Origin: an uncultured Christensenellaceae bacterium
GTDB lineage: Bacteria; Bacillota; Clostridia; Christensenellales; SZUA-584
Direction of reading: 5' to 3'
DNA: 51,742 nt
Assembly (NCBI GenBank): GCA_964607965.1
Contig: CAZSMH010000002.1
Location: 1 to 51,742, forward strand
This document shows, piece after piece, positions 31,437 through 43,738 of this stretch (within the stretch, counting starts at the first letter, position 1; every line of letters starts with the position of its first letter). A program made the translations under genes and the position numbers. Below the pieces are notes generated by a model. It saw only the letters and a list, made by a program, of their open reading frames with translations. It was not told the DNA's origin and made no database searches.

Positions 31437-32531
31437 ATGAAACTTGGAATCGTAGGACTTCCCAATGTCGGAAAATCTTCTTTGTTTAACGCGCTGACAG
31501 GCGCGGGAGCGGCAAGCGAAAACTATCCTTTCTGTACTATTGACCCGAATGTAGGGGTTGTTTCGGTTCCCGATAAGCGCATGGATTTTTTAAAGGAACT
31601 CTATAATCCGGCAAAATTCACTCCTGCCGTAATAGAGTTTGTAGACATAGCAGGACTTGTTAAAGGGGCAAGCCGCGGCGAGGGGCTGGGCAACAGATTC
31701 CTATCGCATATAAGGGAAGTAGATGCAGTTCTTCATGTTGTGCGATGTTTTGAAAACGATGACGTAGCGCACGTAGACGGCAGCATAGACAGTTTGCGGG
31801 ACGCGGAAACAATAAATTTTGAACTGCTTTTTGCAGATATCGAAACGGTTGATAAGCGGCTTTTGCGGTCGGAGAAAATGATAAAGACCGGCGATAAAAA
31901 ATATGCCGCTGAATGCGACGTTTTAAAATACGTAAAAGGAGAACTTGAGCATGGGGTATTTGCCTCATCGATATCGCTTGATAAATCGCAGCGCAGAATG
32001 ATTGATGAGTTGTTTTTGCTGACATCTAAACCTATGCTTTATGCCGCAAACATTGCCGATACGGACGCTGCCGATGCTTATGCCCTGCCTTTGGTGCAGT
32101 CTCTTAAAAAAATAGCAGACAAACAAGGCGCAGAGGTTCTGGCGTTGTGTGCGCGGCTGGAGGAAGAACTTTGGGCATTAAAGCCACAAGAGAGGTCTGC
32201 ATTTTTACACGAGTTGGGAATAGAGCAAAGCGGGCTTGAAACGCTGATACAGAAGAGCTACAGGCTGCTTGAGCTAATAAGCTTTTTAACGGCGGGCGAG
32301 AAAGAAGTGCGTGCATGGACGATACAGCGCGGCACAAAAGCTCCGCAGGCAGCCGGAAAGATACACAGCGATTTTGAGCGCGGTTTTATACGCGCAGAAA
32401 TAGTCTCATTTGACGATTTACAGGCGTGCGGCGATATGCAGGCGGCACGTTCTCGCGGTCTTGTCCGGCAGGAGGGAAAAGAATACGTTATGCAGGACGG
32501 CGATGTTACGCTGTTTAAATTTAATGTTTAG
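31437..32531 (+). CDS. ychF: Ribosome-binding/redox-regulated ATPase YchF
   Basis: The N-terminus reads [18 protein letters not shown], and the protein has a TGS-like C-terminus (MQDGDV..F.FNV). Confidence 0.94.
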   Translation: MKLGIVGLPNVGKSSLFNALTGAGAASENYPFCTIDPNVGVVSVPDKRMDFLKELYNPAKFTPAVIEFVDIAGLVKGASRGEGLGNRFLSHIREVDAVLHVVRCFENDDVAHVDGSIDSLRDAETINFELLFADIETVDKRLLRSEKMIKTGDKKYAAECDVLKYVKGELEHGVFASSISLDKSQRRMIDELFLLTSKPMLYAANIADTDAADAYALPLVQSLKKIADKQGAEVLALCARLEEELWALKPQERSAFLHELGIEQSGLETLIQKSYRLLELISFLTAGEKEVRAWTIQRGTKAPQAAGKIHSDFERGFIRAEIVSFDDLQACGDMQAARSRGLVRQEGKEYVMQDGDVTLFKFNV

Positions 32532-32558
32532 TGTAAAAATAAGATAAAAGAAAATTAT

Positions 32559-32595
32559 TAACAATCCCCCAAACTGTTTTAGGGATTGTTATTTC
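32559..32595. terminator. Hairpin between convergent ychF and ppiB
   Basis: The hairpin is TAACAATCCC-N13-GGGATTGTTA. The flanking T/A runs are only moderate. Confidence 0.45.
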
Positions 32596-32604
32596 AATAA
32601 AGTC

Positions 32605-33102
32605 TTACTGCGGTTTTGTTACAGCCTCATCGTCTGAAAGAGTTATGCGCTCGATTATCTGCGGCGCTAGCGGCCTGTCGGATGCGTCTGTCTGCTGCGC
32701 TGCAATGGAATCAACCACATCCATACCAAAGGTTACGTGTCCAAAAGCTGCATACTGTCCATCAAGAAACTCTGCATCGCCATGCGTAATAAAAAACTGG
32801 GAGCCCGCAGAATCATAATCCGATGAGCGCGCCATTGAAATAACGCCGCGTTTATGGTTTATGCTGTTTGGCACTCCATTGGCAGAAAATTCGCCTTTAA
32901 TAGAATACCCCGGTCCGCCCGTACCCGTGCCCTTTGGGCACCCGCCTTGTATCATAAAACCGGCAATTACGCGATGAAAGCATAATCCATCGTAAAAACC
33001 CCGGGAAACAAGGTTTTTGAAATTGGCAGTTGTAACAGGCGCTTCTTTATCACAAAGTTCTATGTTTATTTGTTTGCCGCTTGTCATACGTATTGTTACC
33101 AT
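32605..33102 (-). CDS. ppiB: Cyclophilin-type peptidyl-prolyl cis-trans isomerase
   Basis: The FHRVIAGFMIQGG and SQFFIT motifs are present. Confidence 0.92.
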   Translation of the reverse strand: MVTIRMTSGKQINIELCDKEAPVTTANFKNLVSRGFYDGLCFHRVIAGFMIQGGCPKGTGTGGPGYSIKGEFSANGVPNSINHKRGVISMARSSDYDSAGSQFFITHGDAEFLDGQYAAFGHVTFGMDVVDSIAAQQTDASDRPLAPQIIERITLSDDEAVTKPQ

Positions 33103-33126
33103 GGTGTCTCCTTGCTTATGCTGCTG

Positions 33127-34296
33127 TTATCTTGAAAAAGTCCGCATACGGATTGTACCGTCTATGCTTTTTATTTTATCTACTGTATCGACGGGCACTA
33201 TATCATCAAGGTTAATAATAGTGTATGCAATCTCGCCTTTTGATTTGTTGACCATATCTGTTATATTTGCACCCGATTCCGCAAGCAGTGCCGTCATCTG
33301 CCTGACCATGCCGGAAATGTTTTTATGTATTACAGCAATTCTAAATTTTCCGGTAAACGGCAACTCTATTGCCGGCATATTAACAGAATTTACTACATTA
33401 CCCGATTCAAAATATTCTTTAAGCTGCTTTGCAGCCATGCGGGCACAGTTTTCTTCGGATTCGGGCGTGGATGCGCCAAGATGAGGTATACAGATAATAC
33501 GCTCGTCGTCAAGCAGGTTGTCGCTTGGGAAATCGGTAACGTACTGTTTTACTTTTCCTGTATCAAGAGCACTTAAAAGAGAGTCATGGTTAATAAGCCC
33601 GTTGCGTGCAAAATTCAAAAGCACCACGCCGTTTTTCATTTTTGCAATCTCATCCGTATCGATAAAGCTTTTTGTATTGTCCATAAGAGGTATATGCAAA
33701 GTAATAAAATCTGCATTCGAAAGAAGGGCATCCAGATTAATAGCCCTTTTAACGTCATGGTCAAGCCCCCAGGCCGATTCCACAGAAATATACGGATCAT
33801 ATCCTATAACGGCCATGCCAAGCGCACGTGCGGAGTTGGCAACCATCACGCCTATAGCGCCAAGTCCTATAACGCCGAGAGTTTTACCGGCAAGCTCCGG
33901 TCCGACGAACTGTTTTTTACCCTGTTCAATAAGTGGGAGAACATCATCGCCTTTGCCGTGCAGCGTTTTTACCCATTTTGTGGCGGCTATAATATGCCGG
34001 CTGGCCAGCAGCATTCCTGCAAGCACCAGTTCTTTTACGCCGTTGGCGTTGGCGCCCGGGGTGTTAAACACAACAATACCCTTCTGTGCGCATTCATCTA
34101 CCGGTATATTATTAACACCTGCGCCAGCTCTTGCTATTGCGATAAGATTTTCGGGAAACTGCATGCCGCGGCATTTTGCACTTCTTACGAGAATTGCATC
34201 GTAATCTTTATAGTCTTCGCTTATCTGATACTTATCCTTGGGAAGGTAGTGGTAAACAGTATCAGAAATAGCATTCATTTTTTTAATTTTAAACAT
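33127..34296 (-). CDS. serA: D-3-phosphoglycerate dehydrogenase with C-terminal ACT-like domain
   Basis: The NAD-binding motif is GVIGLGAIG, and the 2-hydroxyacid dehydrogenase catalytic region is present. ATG at 34296 is 7 nt after AAGGAG. The longer form to 34341 would overlap serC. Confidence 0.9.
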   Translation of the reverse strand: MFKIKKMNAISDTVYHYLPKDKYQISEDYKDYDAILVRSAKCRGMQFPENLIAIARAGAGVNNIPVDECAQKGIVVFNTPGANANGVKELVLAGMLLASRHIIAATKWVKTLHGKGDDVLPLIEQGKKQFVGPELAGKTLGVIGLGAIGVMVANSARALGMAVIGYDPYISVESAWGLDHDVKRAINLDALLSNADFITLHIPLMDNTKSFIDTDEIAKMKNGVVLLNFARNGLINHDSLLSALDTGKVKQYVTDFPSDNLLDDERIICIPHLGASTPESEENCARMAAKQLKEYFESGNVVNSVNMPAIELPFTGKFRIAVIHKNISGMVRQMTALLAESGANITDMVNKSKGEIAYTIINLDDIVPVDTVDKIKSIDGTIRMRTFSR

Positions 34297-34324
34297 AATA
34301 AGCTCCTTACGCAATCCAAAACAA

Positions 34325-35401
34325 TTACGCTTTTTTTTCAAAATCCTTCATAAACTCAATAAGCTTTTCTATACCCTCTATAGGCATTGCGTTATATATG
34401 CTGGCGCGCATACCGCCTACGCTTCTATGCCCTTTAATATTTACAATTCCGTACGATTTAGCCTCGGCGACAAATTTTTTATCAAGTTCGGTATCGCCTG
34501 TTACAAATGTTACGTTCATAATGGAACGATCTTTTTTGTTGGCAGTGGGCTTGAAAAGCGAAGAACTGTCAAGATAGCCGTACAGCATAGCTGCCTTTTT
34601 CTCGTTATATGCCTGCATGGCTGCAATACCGCCGTTTTTAAGCAGGTAGGAAAAAACAAGACCCGAAACATAAATGCCGTAAGTAGGCGGCGTATTATAC
34701 ATTGAATCGTTTTTAACATATATGCTGTAATCAAGCATTGAAGGCGTATTGTTCGGTGCTTTGCCTACAAGATCGTCGCGTATTAAAACTACCGTTACGC
34801 CTGCAGGCCCTATGTTCTTTTGTGCCCCTGCGTATATAAGACCGTAATCCCGCACATTTATTTTTTCGGATAAAATATTAGAAGACATATCCGTAACAAT
34901 AGGCAGCCCGTTTGTATCCGGCAATTTGGTATAACGCGTACCGTAAATGGTGTTGTTCTGCGTTATATGAACATAATCCGCAGGCTCTGAAAACATTTCT
35001 TTATTTATTTTCGGAATGTAGGAATAGGTTTTGTCTTCCGATGAAGCGGGCACAATTACTTCTCCAACTTTTTTTGCTTCAGAAATTGCTTTTTTTGCGA
35101 ACTGTCCTGTATTTATATAGTAAGCGCGCCCGTGAGTTGTCATAAGATTAATAGGCACCATAGAAAACTGCATTGATGCGCCGCCCTGTATAAACAGCAC
35201 ATGGTAATTGTCCGGAACGGATAAAAGTTCGCGCAAGTCTGCCTTTGCTTTCTGGTGGATTTCCTCATAATCCGCAGAACGATGACTCATCTCCATAACA
35301 GACATGCCGCTGTTTTCGTAAAAAACGAGTTCCTGCTCGGCTTGCTGCAGCACAGCTTCAGGCAAACAGGCAGGGCCGGCGGAGAAGTTATAAATTTTCA
35401 T
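34325..35401 (-). CDS. serC: Phosphoserine aminotransferase
   Basis: The N-terminus reads NFSAGPA, the PLP region GAQKNIGPAG is present, and the RBS is AGGAGG. Confidence 0.94.
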   Translation of the reverse strand: MKIYNFSAGPACLPEAVLQQAEQELVFYENSGMSVMEMSHRSADYEEIHQKAKADLRELLSVPDNYHVLFIQGGASMQFSMVPINLMTTHGRAYYINTGQFAKKAISEAKKVGEVIVPASSEDKTYSYIPKINKEMFSEPADYVHITQNNTIYGTRYTKLPDTNGLPIVTDMSSNILSEKINVRDYGLIYAGAQKNIGPAGVTVVLIRDDLVGKAPNNTPSMLDYSIYVKNDSMYNTPPTYGIYVSGLVFSYLLKNGGIAAMQAYNEKKAAMLYGYLDSSSLFKPTANKKDRSIMNVTFVTGDTELDKKFVAEAKSYGIVNIKGHRSVGGMRASIYNAMPIEGIEKLIEFMKDFEKKA

Positions 35402-35475
35402 TAGTATACCTCCTAATATACATCATAAATTCATATATAAACTATGATAAAAAAATAACAAACTTTTTTTAATTC

Positions 35476-35504
35476 ATTATATGCACCTGCATCTGTAAAT
35501 GCAA
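35476..35504 (-). promoter_or_regulatory. Candidate sigma-A promoter of serC-serA
   Basis: On the minus strand the elements are TTGCAT (35499-35504), a 17-nt spacer and TATAAT (35476-35481). Confidence 0.55.
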
Positions 35505-35608
35505 GCTGTTATGCATGCTGCGATGCCGATTTTTTTGCCTTATAAAGTATAATACATCTTTTTTAACTTGTATACTACTTTGCAGATTTGGTATAAAAGT
35601 ATATTGTC

Positions 35609-35637
35609 TTGACAACCATTTTTGCTTGCCATATAAT
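35609..35637 (+). promoter_or_regulatory. Consensus sigma-A promoter of greA-lysS
   Basis: Both hexamers are perfect: TTGACA (35609-35614), a 17-nt spacer and TATAAT (35632-35637). Confidence 0.65.
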
Positions 35638-35750
35638 CACCATATTATAAAAATGGCAGGCATCAACCTAATACAGACGGCTTTGCTGGTATATTGACGT
35701 TTAAAAAGCACATATTATCTAAACAAACGATTATCTCTCTGGAGGCGTAC

Positions 35751-37726
<1,976 letters not shown>

Positions 37727-37754
37727 GCCTTTTGGCTCTTAAATATATTCAAGG

Positions 37755-37787
37755 CGTCCGGGCGAAACAGTATCGTCCGGACGTTTT
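37755..37787 (+). terminator. Intrinsic terminator after lysS
   Basis: The hairpin is CGTCCGGGCGA-aacagta-TCGTCCGGACG, an 11-bp stem with one G-U pair, followed by TTTT. Confidence 0.75.
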
Positions 37788-37805
37788 ACTTTCTCCGTGA
37801 CGGCT

Positions 37806-38888
37806 TTACACCGCATAGCTAAGTATAGTATTTAGTATTTCCGCCGCTTTTTTGTCTGTCTTGTCAAAGTTCATATACGGTATATAATATCCTTCCAGTA
37901 TGTCATGCTGTTTCTTTGCCTTTTTCAACGAACTTACGGCTGCATCAAGAAGCGTTTTGTAGCCCTGCACATCAAAATTAACCGTTTCTTTTTGTGCATC
38001 AATTAAGGCGGCATTTTCATACTTGTCTAAATCAATTGCCGTCCCTTTGCTTACTGTATTTAATATGATATCATTTGACATTACCGCCAGCTTTTTATCC
38101 GGAATTATCACGTGTTCTATTCGCGCTTCCGGCGCCATAGGGCTGTAATAAATTTCGGTATTTATGCCCCTGATAAAAGCTTCGTATGATATGCTGTCAA
38201 GCAACTGTGATGCAATGCTGCCAAAACCGTTATTAACAACAAATACATCATATGTGCAGTCGGTCAATGTGTTTGCAAGGCTGATAATGCCGGAGGGCGT
38301 AATGCCACTCGCAAATAATTTCCTTGCTTTGCCGGGCTTGTTTGACGGTTTTTCTTTTAAATATGTATCAATAATGTTTCTTGGCTCTAAATATGCCCCT
38401 GCCTTATTTGCCGCATTATCATATATTTCCGCAAGGTCGTCTGTTATTTTTTTTGCGGCGGCAATGTATTTGTATGCGCGTTTGAACAGCCGTCCGATTT
38501 CTGCGTTACACTGCATTATCTCGCTTTTATTTTTTTTAATCATTGGGGCATCCCAGTATTCGCCGAGATTTATTATCTCGTCAACCGCGCCGGGATTAAC
38601 AGGGTCTGTTACATGCGGGGCAGTGCCGTCTATAATAGCAGCTTTAAGCTCGGGTATTACTATGCCGTCGAGAGAATCCGGGTCGGACGAGCAATGCATA
38701 TATTCTATATCAAACCCGGCGCCGCTTATCCCGGATGCGATTTTTTTCATAAATGTCGATTTGCCGACACCGGGGCCGCCTTTTAAGCAGAATATGCGGT
38801 TAGCCTCCTGTTGCGGCAGTATATGCTGATAATACGAGTAAAAACCAATACTGGTGTTGTTGCCGGGAAACATGTGTCTTTGAGCCAT
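37806..38888 (-). CDS. P-loop ATPase of unknown function (PRK06851-like)
   Basis: The Walker A is GGPGVGKST and a Walker B-like AAIIDGT is present. The N-terminus FPGNNTSIGFYSYY is typical of this uncharacterised Firmicute family. ATG at 38888 is 6 nt after GAGGTG. Confidence 0.7.
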   Translation of the reverse strand: MAQRHMFPGNNTSIGFYSYYQHILPQQEANRIFCLKGGPGVGKSTFMKKIASGISGAGFDIEYMHCSSDPDSLDGIVIPELKAAIIDGTAPHVTDPVNPGAVDEIINLGEYWDAPMIKKNKSEIMQCNAEIGRLFKRAYKYIAAAKKITDDLAEIYDNAANKAGAYLEPRNIIDTYLKEKPSNKPGKARKLFASGITPSGIISLANTLTDCTYDVFVVNNGFGSIASQLLDSISYEAFIRGINTEIYYSPMAPEARIEHVIIPDKKLAVMSNDIILNTVSKGTAIDLDKYENAALIDAQKETVNFDVQGYKTLLDAAVSSLKKAKKQHDILEGYYIPYMNFDKTDKKAAEILNTILSYAV

Positions 38889-39049
38889 ATTAACACCTCG
38901 TTTCAAATAATACAGTCTATGCTTTTTTGCATAAAAAATTGTTTGAAATATTGCGCATTTAAACTGTACTTAGATAGTATTCGAAAAAAGCCGGCACAAT
39001 ATTTTAAATATATAAATGGTAAATAATAAAGCTTAAGCTATTTAGTATA

Positions 39050-39850
39050 TTATTGTATGTCTTTATAGAAATGCTGATAATCTTTATAGCTGCGCCAGTT
39101 TCCGCCCCATGTCCAGCCGTACTCCGTAAAAAGCTTGTAGCACAAATCGTTCTTGTCTATTTTGCCAGGAAAGTCTAGTGAACGGTCTTTATATTCGGCT
39201 CCGTTTTCCGGCGATACTTTATCATCGTCAACGAACGGGTTTAGCTTAGGGTTTATATCTATTGCCATACCAAAGCTGTGCAGTGAAAGAGAATTCGAGC
39301 CGGAGACAAGACGGTAGTTAAACGCCGAAGTGTTGTTTGCTGCCATTGAAAGATTGTCGTCTCCGCCGAAATCGTCTATCAGCCTTACCGACTCAAGCGG
39401 GTACTTTTCCAAAAACAGCCGGTAAAAAATATTAGTTACTTCATCAGCAAGTTTAGCATTGACAATAAGTTCACCCTCTTTTATCTCTCCGTTAAAATCG
39501 TAATGAAGAAGCTTAATATAGCGAAGATCCTCATAACTTATTATACAATCATCTTTGGGATAGCTTTTGCCCGTAATACGTGATTTTACAGCATCGCTTA
39601 GCTCCGTATAGTAAAAACCTTCAGCAAGTTCAACTTTTTTTAAATCGTCTTTCGATTTTTGTGTAACCACAGGGGTAAAGGAAGTTGTCGGAGCAGGCGA
39701 AATAACTAAAGAAGGTATTTCTATAGGCACGCAAGTTTGCTCAGGCTCTGCAGTTTGCTCATTCATTTCATCTGAACAAGCAGTTGTGCAAACCAACAAA
39801 CACAATATTACAATAAAAATCATTTTCTTAATCATAATAAAAAAATCCAT
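39050..39850 (-). CDS. M15-family zinc D,D- or L,D-peptidase (VanY-like), probable secreted/lipoprotein
   Basis: A signal peptide ends in a Cys-containing LLVCTTAC. The metal motifs are SLHSFGMAIDINP and WTWGGNW...DYQHF. Confidence 0.8.
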   Translation of the reverse strand: MDFFIMIKKMIFIVILCLLVCTTACSDEMNEQTAEPEQTCVPIEIPSLVISPAPTTSFTPVVTQKSKDDLKKVELAEGFYYTELSDAVKSRITGKSYPKDDCIISYEDLRYIKLLHYDFNGEIKEGELIVNAKLADEVTNIFYRLFLEKYPLESVRLIDDFGGDDNLSMAANNTSAFNYRLVSGSNSLSLHSFGMAIDINPKLNPFVDDDKVSPENGAEYKDRSLDFPGKIDKNDLCYKLFTEYGWTWGGNWRSYKDYQHFYKDIQ

Positions 39851-40048
39851 TTTTGCTGTCTAACTTGATTTAATATAGCATTTTTTGATTAAGAGCTCAA
39901 ATATAAACTAATACTCTTTGCTCTTTACGTTTATATGTTATAAGGTATATAATATCAATAAGAACATATGATATTTGTTTTAACAATAAGAACTAAAATA
40001 ATGCGCATCAAAGCTGTATAAGTATATGACTTGCTTTAGGGGTGGAGA

Positions 40049-40348
40049 ATGGAGAACAAGCCTTCGGAAAAGACTAAAAGCACAGATTTGATACTGGTTA
40101 ATATAGTTGAGGAGATTGTGCGGGATAAAACGGCTAAACTGATGAAGACCATTGATATGTGCCAGTGCGAAACGTGTTATCTTAATGCCTGTGCAATTGT
40201 GCTTAATACACGCGACCCTCTTTATGTGACGACTAAGAAAGGCGCTCTTCTTTCAAGGATATCAACTATTAATTATGCCTACCAAACGGATTTAACCGTA
40301 GAAATACTAAAAGCGCTTATGATAGTTAAAAATTCACCTCGCCATTAG
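40049..40348 (+). CDS. ComFB-family protein
   Basis: The 99-aa protein has the N-terminal LVNIVEEIV motif and the Cys pattern CQCETCYLNAC, which is characteristic of late competence protein ComFB. The RBS is GGGGTGGAG. Confidence 0.8.
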   Translation: MENKPSEKTKSTDLILVNIVEEIVRDKTAKLMKTIDMCQCETCYLNACAIVLNTRDPLYVTTKKGALLSRISTINYAYQTDLTVEILKALMIVKNSPRH

Positions 40349-40469
40349 TTTAAGATAAATATCGGAAAAGGGCGGAAGCTCTTTTTTTATGCTTGGAAAG
40401 AATAGCTTGGATTATGTGCAAACAATAAAAACTGTGGTATTATTATGCCGCAAAATAACGGAGGCGGCT

Positions 40470-41807
40470 ATGGATAACGATACAATTTATGCGCCTGCTA
40501 CGCCCAGCGGCGGAGCTATTGCAGTATTAAGGATATCGGGAAGCGGCGCACACCGCGTGCTTGACGCTGTTTTTATGAGTGCCAAAAGACCGGCGCATGC
40601 AGTTATATCCCATGGCTTTATTGTTGAAGGGGACAAACACATAGATGAAGTAATGGCAGTTAAATTTGACGCGCCGCGCAGTTATACCGGCGAAGATATG
40701 GCCGAAATATACTGCCATGGAGGAAAGATAAGCATTTCACGTATAATGGCTGCGCTTTCAATGCAGGGAGCACGGCTGGCGCTGCCCGGAGAGTTTACTA
40801 AACGAGCGTTTGAAGCGGGGAAGATGGACTTATCCGCTGCGGGTGCTGTTATGGAACTAATTGGGGCTAATTCGGCAGCGGCAGCCGATGCCGCGATGCG
40901 TCAGCTCTCGGGCGCACTCTTTGAGAAAATAACGCAGCTGCAAAAGCTGCTGACCGATGCGCTTTCCATTATAGAGGCCGGAATAGAATATCCCGAAGAG
41001 GACATTGAAGCGGATGTTAGAAGGGATGCAATGCCTTTGATTAAAAAGGCGCGCAAGGGCTGTTTGGTTTTGGCACAGACTTTTGAATCAGGCCGTTTGT
41101 TAAAAACAGGCGTTTCTGCGGCAATTGTCGGGCGTCCTAATGTAGGCAAATCGTCACTTTTTAATATGCTTCTAGGATACGACCGTGCTATAGTTACCGC
41201 TTTGCCGGGGACTACACGAGATGCAGTTGATGATGAAACGATATACTCTGGAATACCGCTTAGGCTTATAGACACAGCCGGACAGCGCAAGGCAAAGGAT
41301 GAAGCTGAACGTATCGGAGTAGAGCGTGCCATAAACGCAGCCAAAGGGGCGGATATAAAACTTTTTGTTATAGACAGGTCAACAGGAGTCACCGAACAGG
41401 ATAGAAGCATATTTGATACTCTTGAAGGCGATATTGTGGTTGTGCTTAACAAATGTGACTTAAAACCGGCGGTAACAGCAAAACAGTGCAATAAGATTTT
41501 CGGCCGCGATGTGATAGAAGTATGTGCCATAGACGGACAGGGCAGGGATGATCTTTTAGCGCGTATCCGGCCTGTTCAGAGCAGCAATGAAAATGATGTT
41601 ACGGTAACAAGCGAGCGCCACCGAGACTGTCTTTTTGCATCGGCGGCAAGCCTTCAGGCGGCGCAGGAAGCGTTTGATACGGTAGACCTTGACTGTGTTA
41701 CCATAGACATAAAGGAAGCATGGGACAGGCTAGGCGAGATAACCGGGCAGACCGCTGCTGAAGAAATTATAAACAGTATTTTTGAGACTTTTTGTTTGGG
41801 GAAATAA
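40470..41807 (+). CDS. mnmE: tRNA modification GTPase MnmE
   Basis: The N-terminus reads [21 protein letters not shown], the G-domain is [12 protein letters not shown]...DTAG...NKCD, and the C-terminus is FCLGK. ATG at 40470 follows GGAGG. Confidence 0.95.
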   Translation: MDNDTIYAPATPSGGAIAVLRISGSGAHRVLDAVFMSAKRPAHAVISHGFIVEGDKHIDEVMAVKFDAPRSYTGEDMAEIYCHGGKISISRIMAALSMQGARLALPGEFTKRAFEAGKMDLSAAGAVMELIGANSAAAADAAMRQLSGALFEKITQLQKLLTDALSIIEAGIEYPEEDIEADVRRDAMPLIKKARKGCLVLAQTFESGRLLKTGVSAAIVGRPNVGKSSLFNMLLGYDRAIVTALPGTTRDAVDDETIYSGIPLRLIDTAGQRKAKDEAERIGVERAINAAKGADIKLFVIDRSTGVTEQDRSIFDTLEGDIVVVLNKCDLKPAVTAKQCNKIFGRDVIEVCAIDGQGRDDLLARIRPVQSSNENDVTVTSERHRDCLFASAASLQAAQEAFDTVDLDCVTIDIKEAWDRLGEITGQTAAEEIINSIFETFCLGK

Positions 41808-41809
41808 GA

Positions 41810-43669
41810 ATGACATACAATGCAGGAAATTATGACGTGGTTGTTGTAGGCGCAGGACATGCAGGGTGCGAGGCGGCGCTGGCTGCGGCGCGTCTCGGAC
41901 AAAAAACACTGCTGCTTACTATCAATCTCGACAGTATTGCGCTTATGGCATGCAATCCGTCGATAGGGGGCTCAAGCAAAGGGCATCTGGTGCGAGAGGT
42001 GGATGCGCTCGGCGGCCAGATGGGATTATGCGCGGATGCGGCATATATGCAGATAAGGATGCTCGGGACAAGCAAGGGGGCTGCTGTGCAGTCCCTGCGT
42101 TCACAGCAGGATAAAAAGCTCTACCAGCAGGAAATGAAATGGACGATTGAGAATACGGACGGGCTTTTTTTAACGAGCGCTGAAGTTACCCGGATTAATG
42201 TAAAAAACAGCCGAGTATGTTCCGTAACAACAAATCTGGGTGCGGTATATACCGCGCGCGCTGTTATATTATGTACCGGCGTATACTTAAAAGGCCGGGT
42301 TATAATAGGAAAGCATACCATATCGTCCGGGCCTTCCGGGTTAGCCCCTGCCGATAAGCTTGATTTGACGGAATTGGGGCTTTTATTGCAGCGCTTTAAA
42401 ACCGGCACGCCGGCGCGCGTTGACGCACGAAGCATTGATTTTTCCAAAACTGTAGTACAGCATGGGGATGAGAACCCACAGTTTTTCTCATTTTTGACGC
42501 ATGGTACTCCTCGTGAGCAAAAGCCGTGCTACTTGACGTACACCACAGAAGAAACGCATGAAATTGTCAGGCGGAACATACACTTAAGCCCGCTTTACAG
42601 CGGTGAAATTAAAGGCACCGGCGCGCGTTATTGCCCGTCCATAGAAGATAAGGTGGTCAAATTCCCTGATAAGGAAAGGCACCAGGTTTTTATTGAGCCG
42701 GAGGGAATGCGCACCAATGAGATGTATATACAGGGAATGAGCAGTTCATTGCCTGAGGATGTACAGAAACAGATGTACCGCACCGTTCCGGGGTTGGAAA
42801 ACGTGGTTTTTATGCGTACTGCTTATGCCATAGAGTATGACTGCATAGACCCATTGCAGCTTAAAAACTCGCTTGAGCTTAAAACAATCGCCGGGCTGTT
42901 CTGCGCAGGACAGATAAACGGCACGTCGGGATATGAGGAGGCGGCGGCTCAGGGAATAGTAGCCGGTATAAATGCGGTGCAGTATATAAAGCAGGAAGAG
43001 CCTTTGGTGCTTGCGCGCAGCGAGGCGTATGCGGGTGTTCTTATTGATGACCTTATAACAAAAGGCACAACGGAGCCTTACAGAATGATGACCGCAAGAG
43101 CGGAATACCGTCTGCTGCTTCGGCAGGACAATGCCGATATGAGGCTGACACAAAAGGGAAGGCAGGTAGGGCTTGTGACAGACAAACGCTACGATGCTTA
43201 TATGAAAAAGCGCGAAGCGGTTATGGCGGAGATAGAAAGGCTACAGCAGACAACGGCTGATTATAAAAAAACGAACGAGTTATTAAAACAAAAAGGGCTT
43301 CCCCAGCTTAAAAGCGGCATAAAGGCTGCGGCGCTGCTTTTAAGGCAGGGAATACGATATACTGATTTAGAACAAATCTGCGGAATCAACCTTGAAGGAG
43401 ACGCTGCGCTGTGCGCCGAAACACAGATACGTTATTCGGGATATATCGAAAAGCAGCAGCGTCAGGTGGAACGTTATGCGTCAATGGAAAAAAAGAAGAT
43501 ACCGGAGAATATAGACTATAAGGCAATAAAAGGTTTAAGGCTTGAGGCTGCGGCAAAGCTTTGCGCTGTAAAGCCCGCTACACTCGGACAGGCAATGCGT
43601 ATCTCCGGTGTTTCCCCTGCAGATATAAGCGTTCTTTCCGTGTATCTGACTGCAAAGAAAAGGGCATAA
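41810..43669 (+). CDS. mnmG: tRNA uridine-5-carboxymethylaminomethyl synthesis enzyme MnmG/GidA
   Basis: The FAD-binding motif is [16 protein letters not shown], and the 620-aa length is typical for GidA. Confidence 0.95.
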   Translation: MTYNAGNYDVVVVGAGHAGCEAALAAARLGQKTLLLTINLDSIALMACNPSIGGSSKGHLVREVDALGGQMGLCADAAYMQIRMLGTSKGAAVQSLRSQQDKKLYQQEMKWTIENTDGLFLTSAEVTRINVKNSRVCSVTTNLGAVYTARAVILCTGVYLKGRVIIGKHTISSGPSGLAPADKLDLTELGLLLQRFKTGTPARVDARSIDFSKTVVQHGDENPQFFSFLTHGTPREQKPCYLTYTTEETHEIVRRNIHLSPLYSGEIKGTGARYCPSIEDKVVKFPDKERHQVFIEPEGMRTNEMYIQGMSSSLPEDVQKQMYRTVPGLENVVFMRTAYAIEYDCIDPLQLKNSLELKTIAGLFCAGQINGTSGYEEAAAQGIVAGINAVQYIKQEEPLVLARSEAYAGVLIDDLITKGTTEPYRMMTARAEYRLLLRQDNADMRLTQKGRQVGLVTDKRYDAYMKKREAVMAEIERLQQTTADYKKTNELLKQKGLPQLKSGIKAAALLLRQGIRYTDLEQICGINLEGDAALCAETQIRYSGYIEKQQRQVERYASMEKKKIPENIDYKAIKGLRLEAAAKLCAVKPATLGQAMRISGVSPADISVLSVYLTAKKRA

Positions 43670-43738
43670 AATATTTGTTTGCGTATAGAAAAGCGGCTGC
43701 TATTGCGCCTCTTACACAATGTTGCTAGAATAGAGCGT

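Noticed and set aside
33518-34353. Two overlapping plus-strand ORFs (228 aa and 255 aa) opposite serA
   Set aside because: The minus strand encodes an unmistakable 2-hydroxyacid dehydrogenase. The plus-strand translations have no recognisable motifs and overlap each other in different frames.
40901-41530. A 209-aa minus-strand ORF inside mnmE
   Set aside because: It is antisense to the MnmE G-domain and is Ser-rich with no RBS.
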